In this document: in pieces, positions 1 through 12,352 of the stretch
How the letters are laid out: every line of letters starts with the position of its first letter
Position numbering within the stretch: the first letter of the stretch is position 1
Position numbers and translations under genes: made by a program
Assembly: GCA_024704765.1 (NCBI GenBank)
Contig: JAKMXF010000144.1
Location: forward strand, 248,001 to 312,000
Origin: Oopsacas minuta
Lineage: Eukaryota; Animalia; Porifera
Length of the DNA stretch: 64,000 nt
Reading direction: 5' to 3'
Notes under the pieces: generated by a model
The model's database searches: none
The model's input: only the letters and a program-made list of their open reading frames with translations
What the model was told of the DNA's origin: nothing

Positions 1-475
1 ATTCTCTCATTCACTAACAACTCACTACCTGCACCGAAACCAAAGCCTTTAAAAGTGGGTATTCATACCTTTCTAACGCCCCATTAATTGTACTTTGATA
101 GGAGGGTACTCTGACTTACATTTTTTGCAATTTTGATTATATAAACGGACTTATAGTTTTCGAGATATGGCCACATGCAAAGTGGTTGTGCCACAATTTG
201 TAATTGAGTTTTAGAGTTATCAAAAAATAACACAGCTAAAAATAAATGGTGACAACCTGTATTATTAATATTTCAAATTATCTTAACAGACAGAAGAGAA
301 GAGTTTGAGAAGTCAAATGAATGAAGCTCTAACTTTCGCAGAGAGGACTTCTAGTGGATATTACGTTGGCAACGCTTCTCCTTACGGGAATTTACTAATC
401 CCTGCTATTCCTAGATTAAACCCCCCTAAAGATAACTCATTTAGAGAGACCAGACTACCCAGAGACAGTATTTGA
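1..475 (+). CDS. 3' end of an unidentified gene (exons ~1..54 and 290..475)
   Basis: Open frame 1..54 ends at a GT donor (55). Acceptor ttaacAG at 288-289 is followed by 61 open codons (TEEKSLRSQMNEALTF...RLPRDSI) and TGA at 473-475, phase 0 on both sides. No family recognised. Confidence 0.5.
101..196 (+). repeat. Dispersed repeat, homologous to 61618-61712
   Basis: Shared ctgac.ta.att..caattttga..atagtttt.gagatatg..aagtggttg.gccacaa, roughly three-quarters identical by eye. Confidence 0.7.
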
Positions 476-648
476 TTGTTTTGTTATAATAATCAGAGGG
501 GGATATAATTAAGAGATAATGAGGAATATTAATATATATTCGGAAATTCCATTGACCCGGTTTTGACACCAGGATAGTTTATTATTTGGAATGTGATGTA
601 TGACTTAGAATTCTCTCCTATTTATACTGATTGTAGTGTTGAGATTGA

Positions 649-3600
649 ATGGAGGGGTCAGTAGACCAATCCGTGAAAGAACTACAGACATTAGTCACTA
701 CATTATCCCAGGAAAACCTGACTCTATCAGATGATAACAAACTACAAGACATAGGGGATAGACTGCTGAGCCTTCTGGAGACATTCCCGCGACACACCGA
801 CACATCTCAGTTGAAAGGACACATGTCTTCTATCCACACAGCAGCTGTAACCCTCTGGAATGTGGCAGTGGCATTCCGAGCCTCCGGAAATGTGAGTTAT
901 AAATAGAAACAAAATTATGTATTATTAATTCTTACTATTAATAGACACGTAAATCGTTTGTTGCTCAACTCCGTCACGTCTCACTGGGTCTTGTCCTACT
1001 TTCAGAACCTCTCTCACCTCCCATATCACACTTCAAAAAGGTGTTAGCTATGTCCCTCAAGACTGCCAGGGCCTGGATAGACGCAGACAACTATGTTATG
1101 GCAGATGCAGCAATAGTACACGGATGGGAACAGACAGAAAGACTGCTGAAAGGTGTTGGAGGGGACCCAGAAGGGTTTGCTATTGTATCAGCTTCTAAAG
1201 TGAGTTTGAGATATTTATTTTTATGTTGATTGTGTCGCTTCACTCAAAGGTGGATACAAATCAAGGATACATTTATAGTGGTGGGCACACCATGGATGGT
1301 AATAAGGTAGCAATCATATCTTTAATTCAATTGACTCAAATAGTGATCACCGATCCAATTTCATAATTGAATGGATAACCGTATGGTATGTGAACTTTAC
1401 ACTGAGCTAATACACATGGCAGGAGGTTAGTTCTAATAGAAACCATTTGAACGATAAAATATAGGAAAAACGTTTCAATCCATAGGAAATTATAGATAAT
1501 TATAGACGAATTGTCAAGTAACTCTACAAGAAATTATCTCTAAGAACATATAGCTAGTTATTAGCCATGTAACACTATCGTATAATAGTCTGTAACTACC
1601 AGTATAAATACCATGAGACAATATTATTGTAATATAATACAATTTGCATATAAGCAATGGAGAAACTGATACAATTATTGGAGAGAGAGGATAATAGAAC
1701 TTGTGCCGATTGCAAAGCACAGGACCCCCTGTGGTGTAATTTGTGTGTTGGCGCGTTTATTTGCGAGGAATGTGTCCGAATTCATCAGAGCATATTTGAA
1801 ATTAACGAAAGGATTATTAAAATCCAAGATTATAACTGGTCAAAGACGGAGATCGATAGTTTGGATGGAAATGGGAAAATTAATCAAGAATTAGAGAAAT
1901 ACGTGCCGTCCTATTTTTCCCGTCCTACTCCTGGTCAGGAGAGGGTCTATGAAGAGATATATACGCGTGCTAAGTATGTAGATAAACTGTTCACGTCTCT
2001 GACAATTCAGAAAATATTTCCATCAACAAATGGCCTGAAAGCTGGGAACCTTCTCTACATACAAACCTCCTCCCAAGATGGTTCTGTAATTTGGTATCCA
2101 AGATATTTAACACTTGAAGAGCGAGAGGTGAATGTCTATGAATCCAGGAGTTCACTTGAACCTATCTTAAATATGAAATTAGACGATTTAGTGGTTAAAA
2201 TGGAAGAGGAGAAAGGGACTATATCGAAAGCCCTGGCTTTCATACACTTCTATCAAAAATCAACTTGTCCAAATACTTACTACTTCCTCACAGACCCCAA
2301 GGGGACCATAGATTGGTATTATGCATTCCAATACGCCCAATCTAACTTCCAAAGGAGGAGCAGAGTAGAGAGGAATCGTTTCGCAGCCTCAATGACATTA
2401 AATATGAGTGGCTATATCCATAAAACAGGGAGTAAGATACAGGATAAGTGGAGGAGGAGGTGGTTTGTTGTTCGTGACATAACTGTTTGCTATTATAAGA
2501 ACAAAGACAGCAAGAAGCCACGTGGCATATTCACACTTTGTGGCAATACTCGAGTGGCTAAAATTGAAAGTGGTCCTCTCTACCACACACACAAGCCCCC
2601 GACACCAAACACCTTTCTAATAACAACACCGGACCGGATCTACCGGATGTGCGCGGAGAGTACAAAGGACCGAGAGGACTGGTTGAAATTATTCGAGAAT
2701 ATTCTATACTTAAAATACATTGCATAGCTCGGTTAATTCAATTAAGCAATTATGATGTAAGCTGCTGGCATTCTTTGAATGTTAATTGAGTCTTTGTTTT
2801 GTGTAATTTTAAAGGTAAACAATTATTTGTTAATTGCAACGTAAAATCATTTCCTTATAAGGACATTAGTTTTTGGGTCCAATTGTCTCGAAATTTGGAC
2901 TCTTATTGTCCATTTTTGAACCCTTTGGTACTGGTGGACAATTAAGTGACACATACTGTACGAATTATGAATATCAAAAGTGAATATTTCACACTTTTCT
3001 AAGTTTGAAAGTGCAGTCTGTTCTCTTATAATAATGATTATAAAGTGCGTAATAGAGACAATATGAAACTGCTAATTTCGAAGTAACATATTCAGTTTCC
3101 AATCACACCACCTCTCTCATTCATATGGTTATATGTTTTATATCAAACATTCCTACGTCATCATTATGTAGTCACAATAAATGGTTGCTTACAAAACACT
3201 TTGCTTATTGCAATTTTTGTTTCAAAATGTGACATTGACATCGTATATTATTCAGAAATATTGCTTAAAATAGAATTCATCATTTCTATTTCAAGTAATA
3301 TGATGTAGATATGCTAACGTCTATCTATCGAGCTTACTAATAGGATTTTTCTAATAAGCAGGCTAGTTTGCTGGTCAGAAAAACTTAAAAGTTGACAACA
3401 GGACCGGGCACTATGCTTTCCCTAAACTTGAGTACATATATTATCTAATTTTTGATGATTACTCGATGAAATATGATTTCGGAAGGCCTCTTGGAGCGTG
3501 AGGCTCAGACCAAACAGCGTTCCTGCCCCCCCCTGCCCCTCTCAGAGGGCCATGTGTAGCAATACACATCCTATATTTGTCGAATTGTGTGAATTTTCGT

Positions 3601-6338
3601 CCAATTCTTTCAAATGTCCGAGTCACACCCCAATTACCCCTGGATTGTATGCACATATGAAATTGTGAATTTATATCCGCTGTCTGTATAATGAATAACA
3701 TCTGTTAAAGCTTTATTTTGATAGGTCCGTCTGTTGGCTTGTAAATCCGAGGCTTGGCTAGGACTATCTGAGCAAGAGAGAGCTCTTGACTGTATCGGAC
3801 AAGCTAAACAACTCCTCCCCCACGTGTCTCAGTCGGAGAGGGCGTGGGTAGCAGTCCTCTGCTACAATCTAGGCCTAGACCTCTACCACCAGGGAGCAGC
3901 TACACAATGCTTAAACTGGTTAAAAGAGAGTTATGAGATAGGAAGACAAGGAAACTGTATTGAAGCTACAAAACAAGCAAAAACATTGAGATTAATAACA
4001 ATAGCTTATTTAGAAGCAGACACTGCTGGAGAATGGATCAAGGCGCTAAACACTGTTGAGCTGTCCCTGACGGAGCATTTGCACCCCACGGGATTATTCT
4101 TGAAGCTACGTGTCCTTCTGAAGGGTAGAGAGGTGTCAAGCGGTCAGGAAGTACAGATTAGATCCTCACTCTTGGATTTGATTCGTTGTCCAGATTCTGA
4201 GATTGATCTATGTCTATCAGGTGTCAAAATAACAGCTGATACTCCTGGTCTATCAGAATTAGCTCTGAATTCTCTCTCAGCCATTAAAGAGCGACACAAT
4301 TCACCACATGACACCTCTAAATGTGTCCTCTTACAACTAGAACTGTTACTGAAATCAGATCGGATAGACGAGTCATTACAACTGTTGACTGGAACAGCTG
4401 ATCAGTTAGTGGAATCAGATGTTTGCAAACAGACTGTAATGGTGTTATGGGAGCATGCCACTAGGCTGGTGGAGACAGGGCGACACCATCAAGCTCTCCT
4501 CCTCTATGAGCACTGTCTAAACAGGTTCAAATCGTTTGTGTTTGTTTATTTTGTTGTTTATTTGTTGTTTTTACAGATACAGTGGGTGTGGATTAGGAGA
4601 GAGCAACCTAGCTAAATTACATAGGAATGTGGCATCGTGTCTCTTGGAATTGAGCAGATTTGAGGAGGCACAATCTGCCCTCCGATCAGCTGTTAGATAC
4701 GGGTCTGTTAATCCTTATACTCACTATATTGGGTATAAGCTAGCCTTGCTACAGAACAATAGCTCATTGGTCAGTTGTCTGCAATATATACATATATACA
4801 CGTTCTTTAGATGGTATCACGTATCTAGGCAGGAGAGCATTTATCTAATATGATATCTTCATATGATTCTAACTCTGTTAAATCAGCTGGTGAGGTGAGT
4901 ATCGAGGGATTACTGTCTCTGTCTGTCCAGGTGGCATTTGAGACCGGAAACAAACTTGTGGCCTGCTCCGCTTTAGAAGAATTGGTCCTATCACGCGGAC
5001 AGGTGTCCTCTAGTACCCTAAGCTCTCTCAGATGTCTCGTCAGACTCAAACTGACACTGATGGAGGGAATGAGTGAAGAGGATACGGCAGACATGAGAAG
5101 ACAAGTAGTTAAACTAATTAGCACAGCTTACAATCAGTTGATTAAGAGTAAATCAAATGAGGATACAGATCTATCACCAGAGGTTGGTAGTCATAGTTCT
5201 AGTGAATCTGAACTATGTTTAATTGGCCGTTCTTAGGTCGGTTGGTTCTCAAAGGTTGCTTGGAATTTAGCACTTCAATCACAAACGGATTATTCAACTA
5301 TGAAAGACTTATTTTCCCTTTCAATGAGACTGAACAAACTCTCAATCTTAGATCCTTCTAGTCAGTCTCGACAACGCTCGTGTCTGATCGGGGCCTCTGC
5401 AGCCGGCCTCAAATACCTCAAGGGTGTACTTGATGAGAGAGAGGTTAAATCAGTGACTGAGGAGGTGCTAAGCTTTGTGGAACAGGGAAAGCAGCTCTGT
5501 ACAGCTGATAGGTACGGACAGACGGATAGGAGTCTAGAGAGCTCTCTCGTATTCTTCCATTTATTTGAGATAGAAACTAAGCATAAATTAGGATATCAGA
5601 ACCTGAACAGCTGTTTGGAGGAAATAGCTCTGTTACCAACAGCTGATTCTAAAGTAATTTAATTATAACAATTCTTATAGAGAGATATCTTGTAGCCAGA
5701 AATTTGGTCTCTTCACCTCTTCCAATTAATCAAATTTTCACACCTTTTGTGAACCAAAATGATCGTAAACTGTCAGGGGTAATGTGGAGAACTATTGGCT
5801 ACCATTTTTGTGGCTGTAACATAATATTTCTGTTTAGATATTCGAAGCAATCGCTTCCATAACTTGTGAAGGGAGTTTACCATCTAAACGTCTGGCTGTT
5901 AAGTCGCTACAACTTGCCATAGAACGACACAATAGCTCAAATACCGACACAAATAAATTGGCACAGCTCCAACACTCCCTTATCACTCTCTTGCTATCTA
6001 ATGATATGTTAGTAGACAGTGCTGGTAGAGAGAATGCGTTTAAAACCTTCAAATTTATCCTGTCTAACCTGGATACCAGAGAGGCGAATGGAATGCAGAA
6101 GTATCCAGAAATAGATACAGTATGGTTGATGACTAAGGCCTGGAATTTGGGAATAATCCAGTTCAGCAAACAACTATTCGTTGAAGCAGAGAGATGGTGT
6201 GGATTGTCCTTAAAATTCCTGTATCAGCTCAGAGAAATGAAAAGTTGTTATGAGACACAAATGACAAATGTATATTCCGAAATTCTTACTAAGTTACCAG
6301 ATTCATGCGATGGAATGCTACAACAACCCGATCACTAG
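649..6338 (+). CDS. TEX11: Meiotic TPR protein TEX11/ZIP4 (exons 649-891, 945-1199, 3725-4533, 4577-4769, 4829-5182, 5237-5653, 5838-6338)
   Basis: All splice junctions are phase-compatible GT-AG. Motifs LWNVAVA, CYNLG..WLKESYEIG, KLHRNVASC, LLSLSVQVAFE, WFSKVAWNLALQ and YPEIDTVWLMTKAWNLG..AERWCGLSLKFL match TEX11. Confidence 0.9.
1657..2727 (+). CDS. ADAP1: ArfGAP + dual-PH protein (ADAP/centaurin-alpha-like), intronless, nested in TEX11 intron 2
   Basis: CxxC-x16-CxxC ArfGAP zinc finger, YFSRPTP..RAKY linker typical of ADAP, and two PH domains (second has GYIHKTG..WRRRWF). Confidence 0.85.
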   Translation: MEKLIQLLEREDNRTCADCKAQDPLWCNLCVGAFICEECVRIHQSIFEINERIIKIQDYNWSKTEIDSLDGNGKINQELEKYVPSYFSRPTPGQERVYEEIYTRAKYVDKLFTSLTIQKIFPSTNGLKAGNLLYIQTSSQDGSVIWYPRYLTLEEREVNVYESRSSLEPILNMKLDDLVVKMEEEKGTISKALAFIHFYQKSTCPNTYYFLTDPKGTIDWYYAFQYAQSNFQRRSRVERNRFAASMTLNMSGYIHKTGSKIQDKWRRRWFVVRDITVCYYKNKDSKKPRGIFTLCGNTRVAKIESGPLYHTHKPPTPNTFLITTPDRIYRMCAESTKDREDWLKLFENILYLKYIA

Positions 6339-6900
6339 ACTCTTATGGTATATATTGATCTGTATTGTATTCTAAATCAGGTTATGCTATATGTATATTA
6401 ATGGAAGTGTCAGGTCCTTTCTCTCTGAGTTTTCACACTCTAAACTTGTTTATTCAGATATTTCTGACACATTTCTTCCGGTGGTTATAATCACGTATTG
6501 AGAGCTATTCTTAACATTAACGAATCCTTATTGTCATATGACAGGTTTCCTATACTATTTCTATGTAGCAGGTATCCGCTTATAATTGGGAATTCTTATA
6601 GCTTTAATCCTACCTTCCTTACAAGCCCTGTTTCTCATATATAAGACTGTAGATTGTAGTTTCATATGATAGTTTATACTACGTTCACGGACACGGGGCA
6701 TTTACCCAGGTTTTGCCAGATCACCACTGTCCATTATAATAACATTTTGGCCCGGGCTATGCAAATCCTGGGACCGCCTCTGATCAGGGGATCCGCTAAG
6801 TGAACACGGCCCCCCTATTATCTATGAAATACGGTAGACTCCGGTTGATAGAGTCACTTGTCCAGAAACAGAACCATACAAATAGTCTTAAATAACTCCA

Positions 6901-6944
6901 TTAATCGGGTCAAATTGTCCTGGTCCCTATGTGACCCTATTAAG
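6901..6944 (+). repeat. Short TTAA-bounded dispersed repeat, homologous to 19842-19883 (inverted)
   Basis: ttaatcgggtcaaattgtcctggtccctatgtgaccctattaag versus ttaatcgggtcaaaatggcctggtccagatttgtcccttaag. Confidence 0.7.
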
Positions 6945-7214
6945 TGGAATCTACCACTGTATCCTCAATATGTATCTCCTCTATTCTCCCTCTTGGGGCT
7001 GTTCCCCTAATCTAATTACGGTTATTAGTTGCTGATTGAGCATAGAATCCTTTGATTAAGAAACCATTCTATTCCTCACATTTCGAACTTAATCCGTTTG
7101 ACGTTTGTATTCAGATAGAATTTTTTCATATAAGCTCATTAACTAATATACTTTTCATATTTGATCAATTAGACCATCTTAATTGGCGCCTAACACCTGT
7201 ATCCTTTGTCCAAC

Positions 7215-8784
7215 ATGCTCCACTCTACATCTCTCCCCTCTGTCAAATATTGTGGTGATCCTATCCGTAAAGGTAGTCTCACTGAGTATGCATACTTTAT
7301 TTTCTGTAACTGTCTCCCTTCTCCGGCGGACAGGAGGCAAGAGGGGTCTCTTAAACTGTTACGTAAGAGGTTCCCTGAACTGTACGGTCTCATGTGTCAC
7401 GACCTGTCGGCATGCTTGACAGATAACATGTATATAACGGAACACAAACAGGTGTTTGGAATGTGTCATCTAGAGACTGCGTTAGAGCAGTATTGCTCCA
7501 GAAATGGATACGACAGTCTCCCTTACACGGCGGCGTCTAGTGCTATATCAGCTAATCTGCAAAGGACACAGTCTCTTGTGGTCAGGAGCGCGGAGGTAGC
7601 GCTTCAGGGCGAGGAAAGTATAGAAATTGGGCGGAAAAGATTGAGTAAAAGCGAGGAAATATCATCAACACCTGAAAACAAGAAAGAAGAGATTGAACTA
7701 ACCAATCAGTTTACAGAGTTAGATGTGCATATTGTTACTTCCAATTCCCAGACAGAATCGTTCCTAATGAGAGTAGAGAACAGTCCCAGCTCGGAGGATA
7801 CCCTGGACATATATAGCGTAGGACTGCTCAAAGAGAAGACCGCCCTCCCCAGGAACAAGGTGACGTCATTCGCACCCACTGTAATCTCATATGATGCTGA
7901 TATGAGCTCTGAACCGGACACATTTATATCATCAACACCTATTCATGAATATTGTAAGAAGAGAGCTAAACACTCAGACTCAAAAAGACCAAATACTAGC
8001 AAGAAGTTACCCATCGCTAAAGTGACGTCACTAAATATTGGGCCTGACTGTCATGGACCTGATAGAATATTCAAAGTAAGTCTCTGAAACTGATTATTAA
8101 CATATTTTCTGCATTCCTTTATACCCTATAGGTTGTCATGCTAGGTAACTCTGGAGTAGGAAAGTCTTCTCTTGTATCAGCTCTTGTCCTTGGCAACGCA
8201 AGGTATGCAATAGCTACTATTGGAGTTGACATGGTAGTTAAGACCTTTATGGTTCAGGGGATGAAGGTATCTCTTCAGATATGGGACACAGCTGGGGAGG
8301 AAAGGTTTCACTGTATGGCGCCTAGCTACATCAGGAAAGCAGATGCTGTTATACTAGTATATGATATATCTGATCACACCTCATTTGTGGACATTCCTTT
8401 GTACTGGTTACCATTTACACGGAGATACCTTAGTGGTAAGTTCCCATATAGAAATATTCCTATAGGATTTGTATTACAAATTTTATCACTTCAGGAGAAG
8501 CTGTTTCACTGCTACTACTCGGAAATAAAACAGACAAATCTAGTCAAAGGGTCATAACAGGAGAGGACGGGTATGTCCTATCACGTGACGCTAAGATGGT
8601 ATTCAGAGAGGTGTCATCTCGAGACTGTGACACCATTTCTAGTGTCTACCATTCCTTAGCTCAAACCCTCGTTGCTAAGGAGAATGAGGAATTGGATAAA
8701 TTTTCCCAACTCACTATAACCATGAGGAGAGCTCAGATTGCTATGCAATGTTCTCCTAAACATTCCAGAACCTGTATATGTTGA
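7215..8784 (+). CDS. Large Rab-family GTPase with ~290-aa N-terminal extension (exons 7215-8075, 8132-8435, 8495-8784)
   Basis: Phase-compatible 56- and 59-nt introns join PDRIFK|VVMLGNSGVGKS, WDTAGEERF, LLGNKTD and EVSSRD. The C-terminus is CIC, a CXC prenylation motif. Confidence 0.8.
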
Positions 8785-8882
8785 TTTCACTGAGTTTTAT
8801 TGCTTATTTGTGTGTAAATTCACTTTCAATTCTGTCACTTTGTGTAAATTTATTTGTATATTCTTGATTAACAGATTATCTC

Positions 8883-8913
8883 TTTGTTTGTTTGTTTGTT
8901 TGTTTGTTTGTTT
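8883..8913 (+). repeat. (TTTG)n microsatellite; similar tracts at ~12527-12562 and, as (AAAC)n, at ~51080-51110
   Basis: Read directly. Confidence 0.9.
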
Positions 8914-8933
8914 ATTCTTAACACCTATTTAGA

Positions 8934-9476
8934 ATGGCAATCAACCAATATTCACTTAAGACGTTGCTAGGCAACTGGTCTGAGGAACAGGCATGTGTGC
9001 CGCTAGACAAAGATGAGGACATGCTTAAGGTACAGCGGACAGGCCATAAGGGAATCATGGGAGCAGACGACTCACCTTCTTATGAAACAACAAACATAAA
9101 CAATTTCACTTCTCCTAGCAAATCGGTTGACACGGTCGGTACTCGGACTAAACTGATGGAGCAACGGATGTATGAACACGCGGCTAAGCTTGTCGAAGAG
9201 ACAAGCAAACCTCCTAAGGTCGAGATAGACTACACCTCCACAACTAAGAAGGCCTTTACTCGGGAATTCGACAGCTCCCGTCCTCCACCTGTCTTAGAAC
9301 ATAACGTAAACACAGACAACGCAATAACTTACTGGTCAAGCTCAGCACATTCTGGTATCCATGGTGTGACTAATATAACAACTAACGATACTCCATTCAG
9401 GAAAAATACAGCATTCTCTACTCCGATAGAGGAGTCCCAAGACCGAGAGCTACCCCATGGAGACCAGCACAGATAG
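8934..9476 (+). CDS. SPAG8: SPAG8-like axonemal microtubule inner protein
   Basis: LLGNWSEE at the N-terminus and ITYW..HGVTNITTNDTPFRKNTAFSTP at the C-terminus match the SPAG8 signature TPFRKNxxFSTP. Confidence 0.8.
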   Translation: MAINQYSLKTLLGNWSEEQACVPLDKDEDMLKVQRTGHKGIMGADDSPSYETTNINNFTSPSKSVDTVGTRTKLMEQRMYEHAAKLVEETSKPPKVEIDYTSTTKKAFTREFDSSRPPPVLEHNVNTDNAITYWSSSAHSGIHGVTNITTNDTPFRKNTAFSTPIEESQDRELPHGDQHR

Positions 9477-9678
9477 CACCCTCATATATTCCTATTTACA
9501 CGGACTAATATTATTATACCTATCAATCATTATTGGATTATCGTTAGTACCATGGGGACATGGATCCTGGCCTCTAGGGGGCAATTGGTCCAAATAATGG
9601 GTCTAACTATGTGACCTCTTAATCTCGTGTAACACCTCTATAAAGTATATTTAAGATAGTATTCGTTCTTCGATCAGT

Positions 9679-12352
9679 ATGGCGATATCTCTACCCCCAG
9701 ATAATGTCCTTAACAATCTGGAGGAGGTGTTCTGCTGCTACATATGTCTAGAGAGGCTACAGGACACTAGATTGTGTCCTAAATGCAGTAAGATGTGCTG
9801 CTTTCAGTGTATCCGTCGGTGGCTGATAGAACAGAAGCCTAGTTGTCCACATTGCAGGAGCAGTTTGTTGTTACATGAACTGGTAAAGTGTAGATGGGTA
9901 GATGATCTACTACCGAGACTTGAGAATCACAGTAAAAAGGAAGCACTAGCTAGGGACAAATGTCCTACTCACTCCGAACAGGTGAGTTAATAGTAATAAA
10001 CAACAAATAATTATACAGAAACAACTAAAATAAATACACAAATAAGCAAACGAGCATATAAAAAACAAACAAACAAACAAACACAAACCTTTACTCAATA
10101 TTCGTATTTAGCTGAGTGTCTATTGTATCACCTGTGGGGTGTGTGTATGCCACCAGTGTGCTCTCTGGGCAGGAGAACATACAGAGCATAAATTCCAGCC
10201 TGTAACAGAGATCTACGAAGCACACAAGTTAGAACTTTATGATGAAGTTAAGAACCTTAAGAAGAGATTAGCAGAGATTCTTGACTGCATAGCTGATATA
10301 GAGAGACAGCTGACCTCTTATAACCAGGAGAGGGAGACACAGCTTAAGCAGATTAGTAAAGTTAGTAGAATACTCTGTATTGGACCACTTTAGCACCATA
10401 GATTTACCACGAATTGTCATTGGGCTTGTCCGCCATTTTTAGATCCTGTGACCTCCCTGCTGTCGTCCGTGGACAGCTATTAACACTTGTAATTAACTTA
10501 ACACCCCCATAGGTAATGAAAGACATAACTTCTCGTATTGATATTCAGATCAGTGCTCAATTAGCTAAACTTAGACATCAGCAATCTACTCTACAGAAAG
10601 ATAGCGATATAGTAGAGAAGAAAATTGGAGAAGTTCTGAATAAGATTGAGACGAGTGTTAAGAGCGATTTAATCTCTTCTTTTCCTGAGTTACTACAAGA
10701 GCTAATTGGAATGTCATCTCAATTAGCTAAGCCGCCTACAGCTAACTTAACTTTTCTTGGCAAAGAGTTGGAATTCACGAATGAACTTGTACCCAATTAT
10801 CTGGAAAAGGAGTTCATCATAGAAGATTTTAGCACCTGTAGGAGGAGAGGTTCTCCCATCTACTCGCCCCCTCTCACCCTACATGGACAGATCTGGAAAC
10901 TCAAGGTACAATTTGTATAACTTCATCTATTGTATAATGAAAATTTATGCATAACTATTGATCAATTGTGTTGTTAGACAAATTATATTTTCTATTAAAT
11001 ATTTTGATTCGTTGATTATACTTACATTCCATTTTGCTATAGGTGTATCCAAACGGTAACGGAGTATTCAGAGGAGATTTCTTGTCGGTATTCCTCGAGT
11101 TGAGTCAGGGGTTCGCGGGCTCAGCTAAGTACGAGTACAGGGTCTCTATGGTACATTTCTCACGGAATTCAGACCGGACAGTCTATAGAGAGTTCTTGTC
11201 AGACTTTGAGCCGGGGGAGTGCTGGGGCTATAACCGGTTCTACCGCTTGGAACATCTTGAAACAAAGGGGTATCTAGACTCCGTGGAGGATGTACTCACT
11301 CTCCAATTTGCTGTCAGATCTCCTACTTACTACCATGACAGTATGCAGCAGAACAAGCATGTGAATAATCTTAACCTGCAGGTAGATAGTCTACGAGAGA
11401 GACTCAGAGATACAGAGCGATCTGACGACCTGGACAGTCAGGAGATTGTCTTAGCGCCGAGCAGTGAGGATGAGCATGAGAGGATACAGGTAAAGCCTCA
11501 AGTATGTGTAGATATTACTATTACGTTCCTTGTGTTGATCAGCGTTGCTAGGGTACAACTGACTTAACAGGTGAGCAATTGGACAGAGCCTTCCTGCTAC
11601 GAGCGTCAGATGAAGGCTCCGAGGCCTCTGATATTGTCTTGGCCCTATCGGACGAGGAACAGAGTGCCTCTTCACGACAAGAGGATCCCGAGGACTTCAC
11701 GAACGATATCGCCGGACCGGATAGTCAGGGCTCCTTGGAAATCCCGGGACTAGATCCAGTTAGTCAGGAGTTTGTCGCTCCTCTGGAGAATAGTATGAAT
11801 GAAATGAGTGTTACAGCTGGAGAGGACATGGACCTTACCTTAGTGTCAAATTCTGAGTACACACCTGCTTCTGATCAAATCCTTATCGCTACACAAGACC
11901 CAGAGGATTCAGATTCTCAACCAGAGGACAACGGACTATCTATTCACTCTATAGAGAGCCCACCTACTGAAAACATCAGTTGGTCCACTGTTCATGTACC
12001 GGTGTTCTCTGAGAATAGAGGATTACAGCTGTCTGAGATTCTCACACAAATACATACAGAAGTAGTAGATGATTCTGCACGAGAGGCAACGCGATTCACT
12101 GACTCACTCCCCAATAATTTCCCTGATATGCAGGCCAATATTCTTGCCTGTCTCAGGGAGGTAGCTAACAATCCTCTCATCGGTCTCAGTCCTGGTTCCT
12201 CCTTTCCGGAGGAGGTCCCATCCAACCCTCTGGACATACTACCTCTAAATTCCTACAGTTCTCATAGTGAGACAGAGGAAGGCACTGACTATAATACTAA
12301 TTGGATAGAAGAGAGGGAGACCAACGCGGCAGGAGATGACCCCCCAGAGTAG
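9679..12352 (+). CDS. TRIM37: E3 ligase TRIM37: RING, B-box, coiled coil, MATH, acidic tail (exons 9679-9981, 10112-10360, 10513-10905, 11043-11489, 11552-12352)
   Basis: EVFCCYICLERLQDTRLCPKCSKMCCFQCIRRWL RING and YPNGNG..LSVFLEL..KYEYRV..GECWGYNRF MATH domain. Confidence 0.92.

Noticed and set aside
3455-3560. GAGCGTGAGG resembling U3 box B, with nearby TGATGA
   Set aside because: Boxes A, C and D are not present in U3 order. It is more likely a GC-rich repeat remnant.
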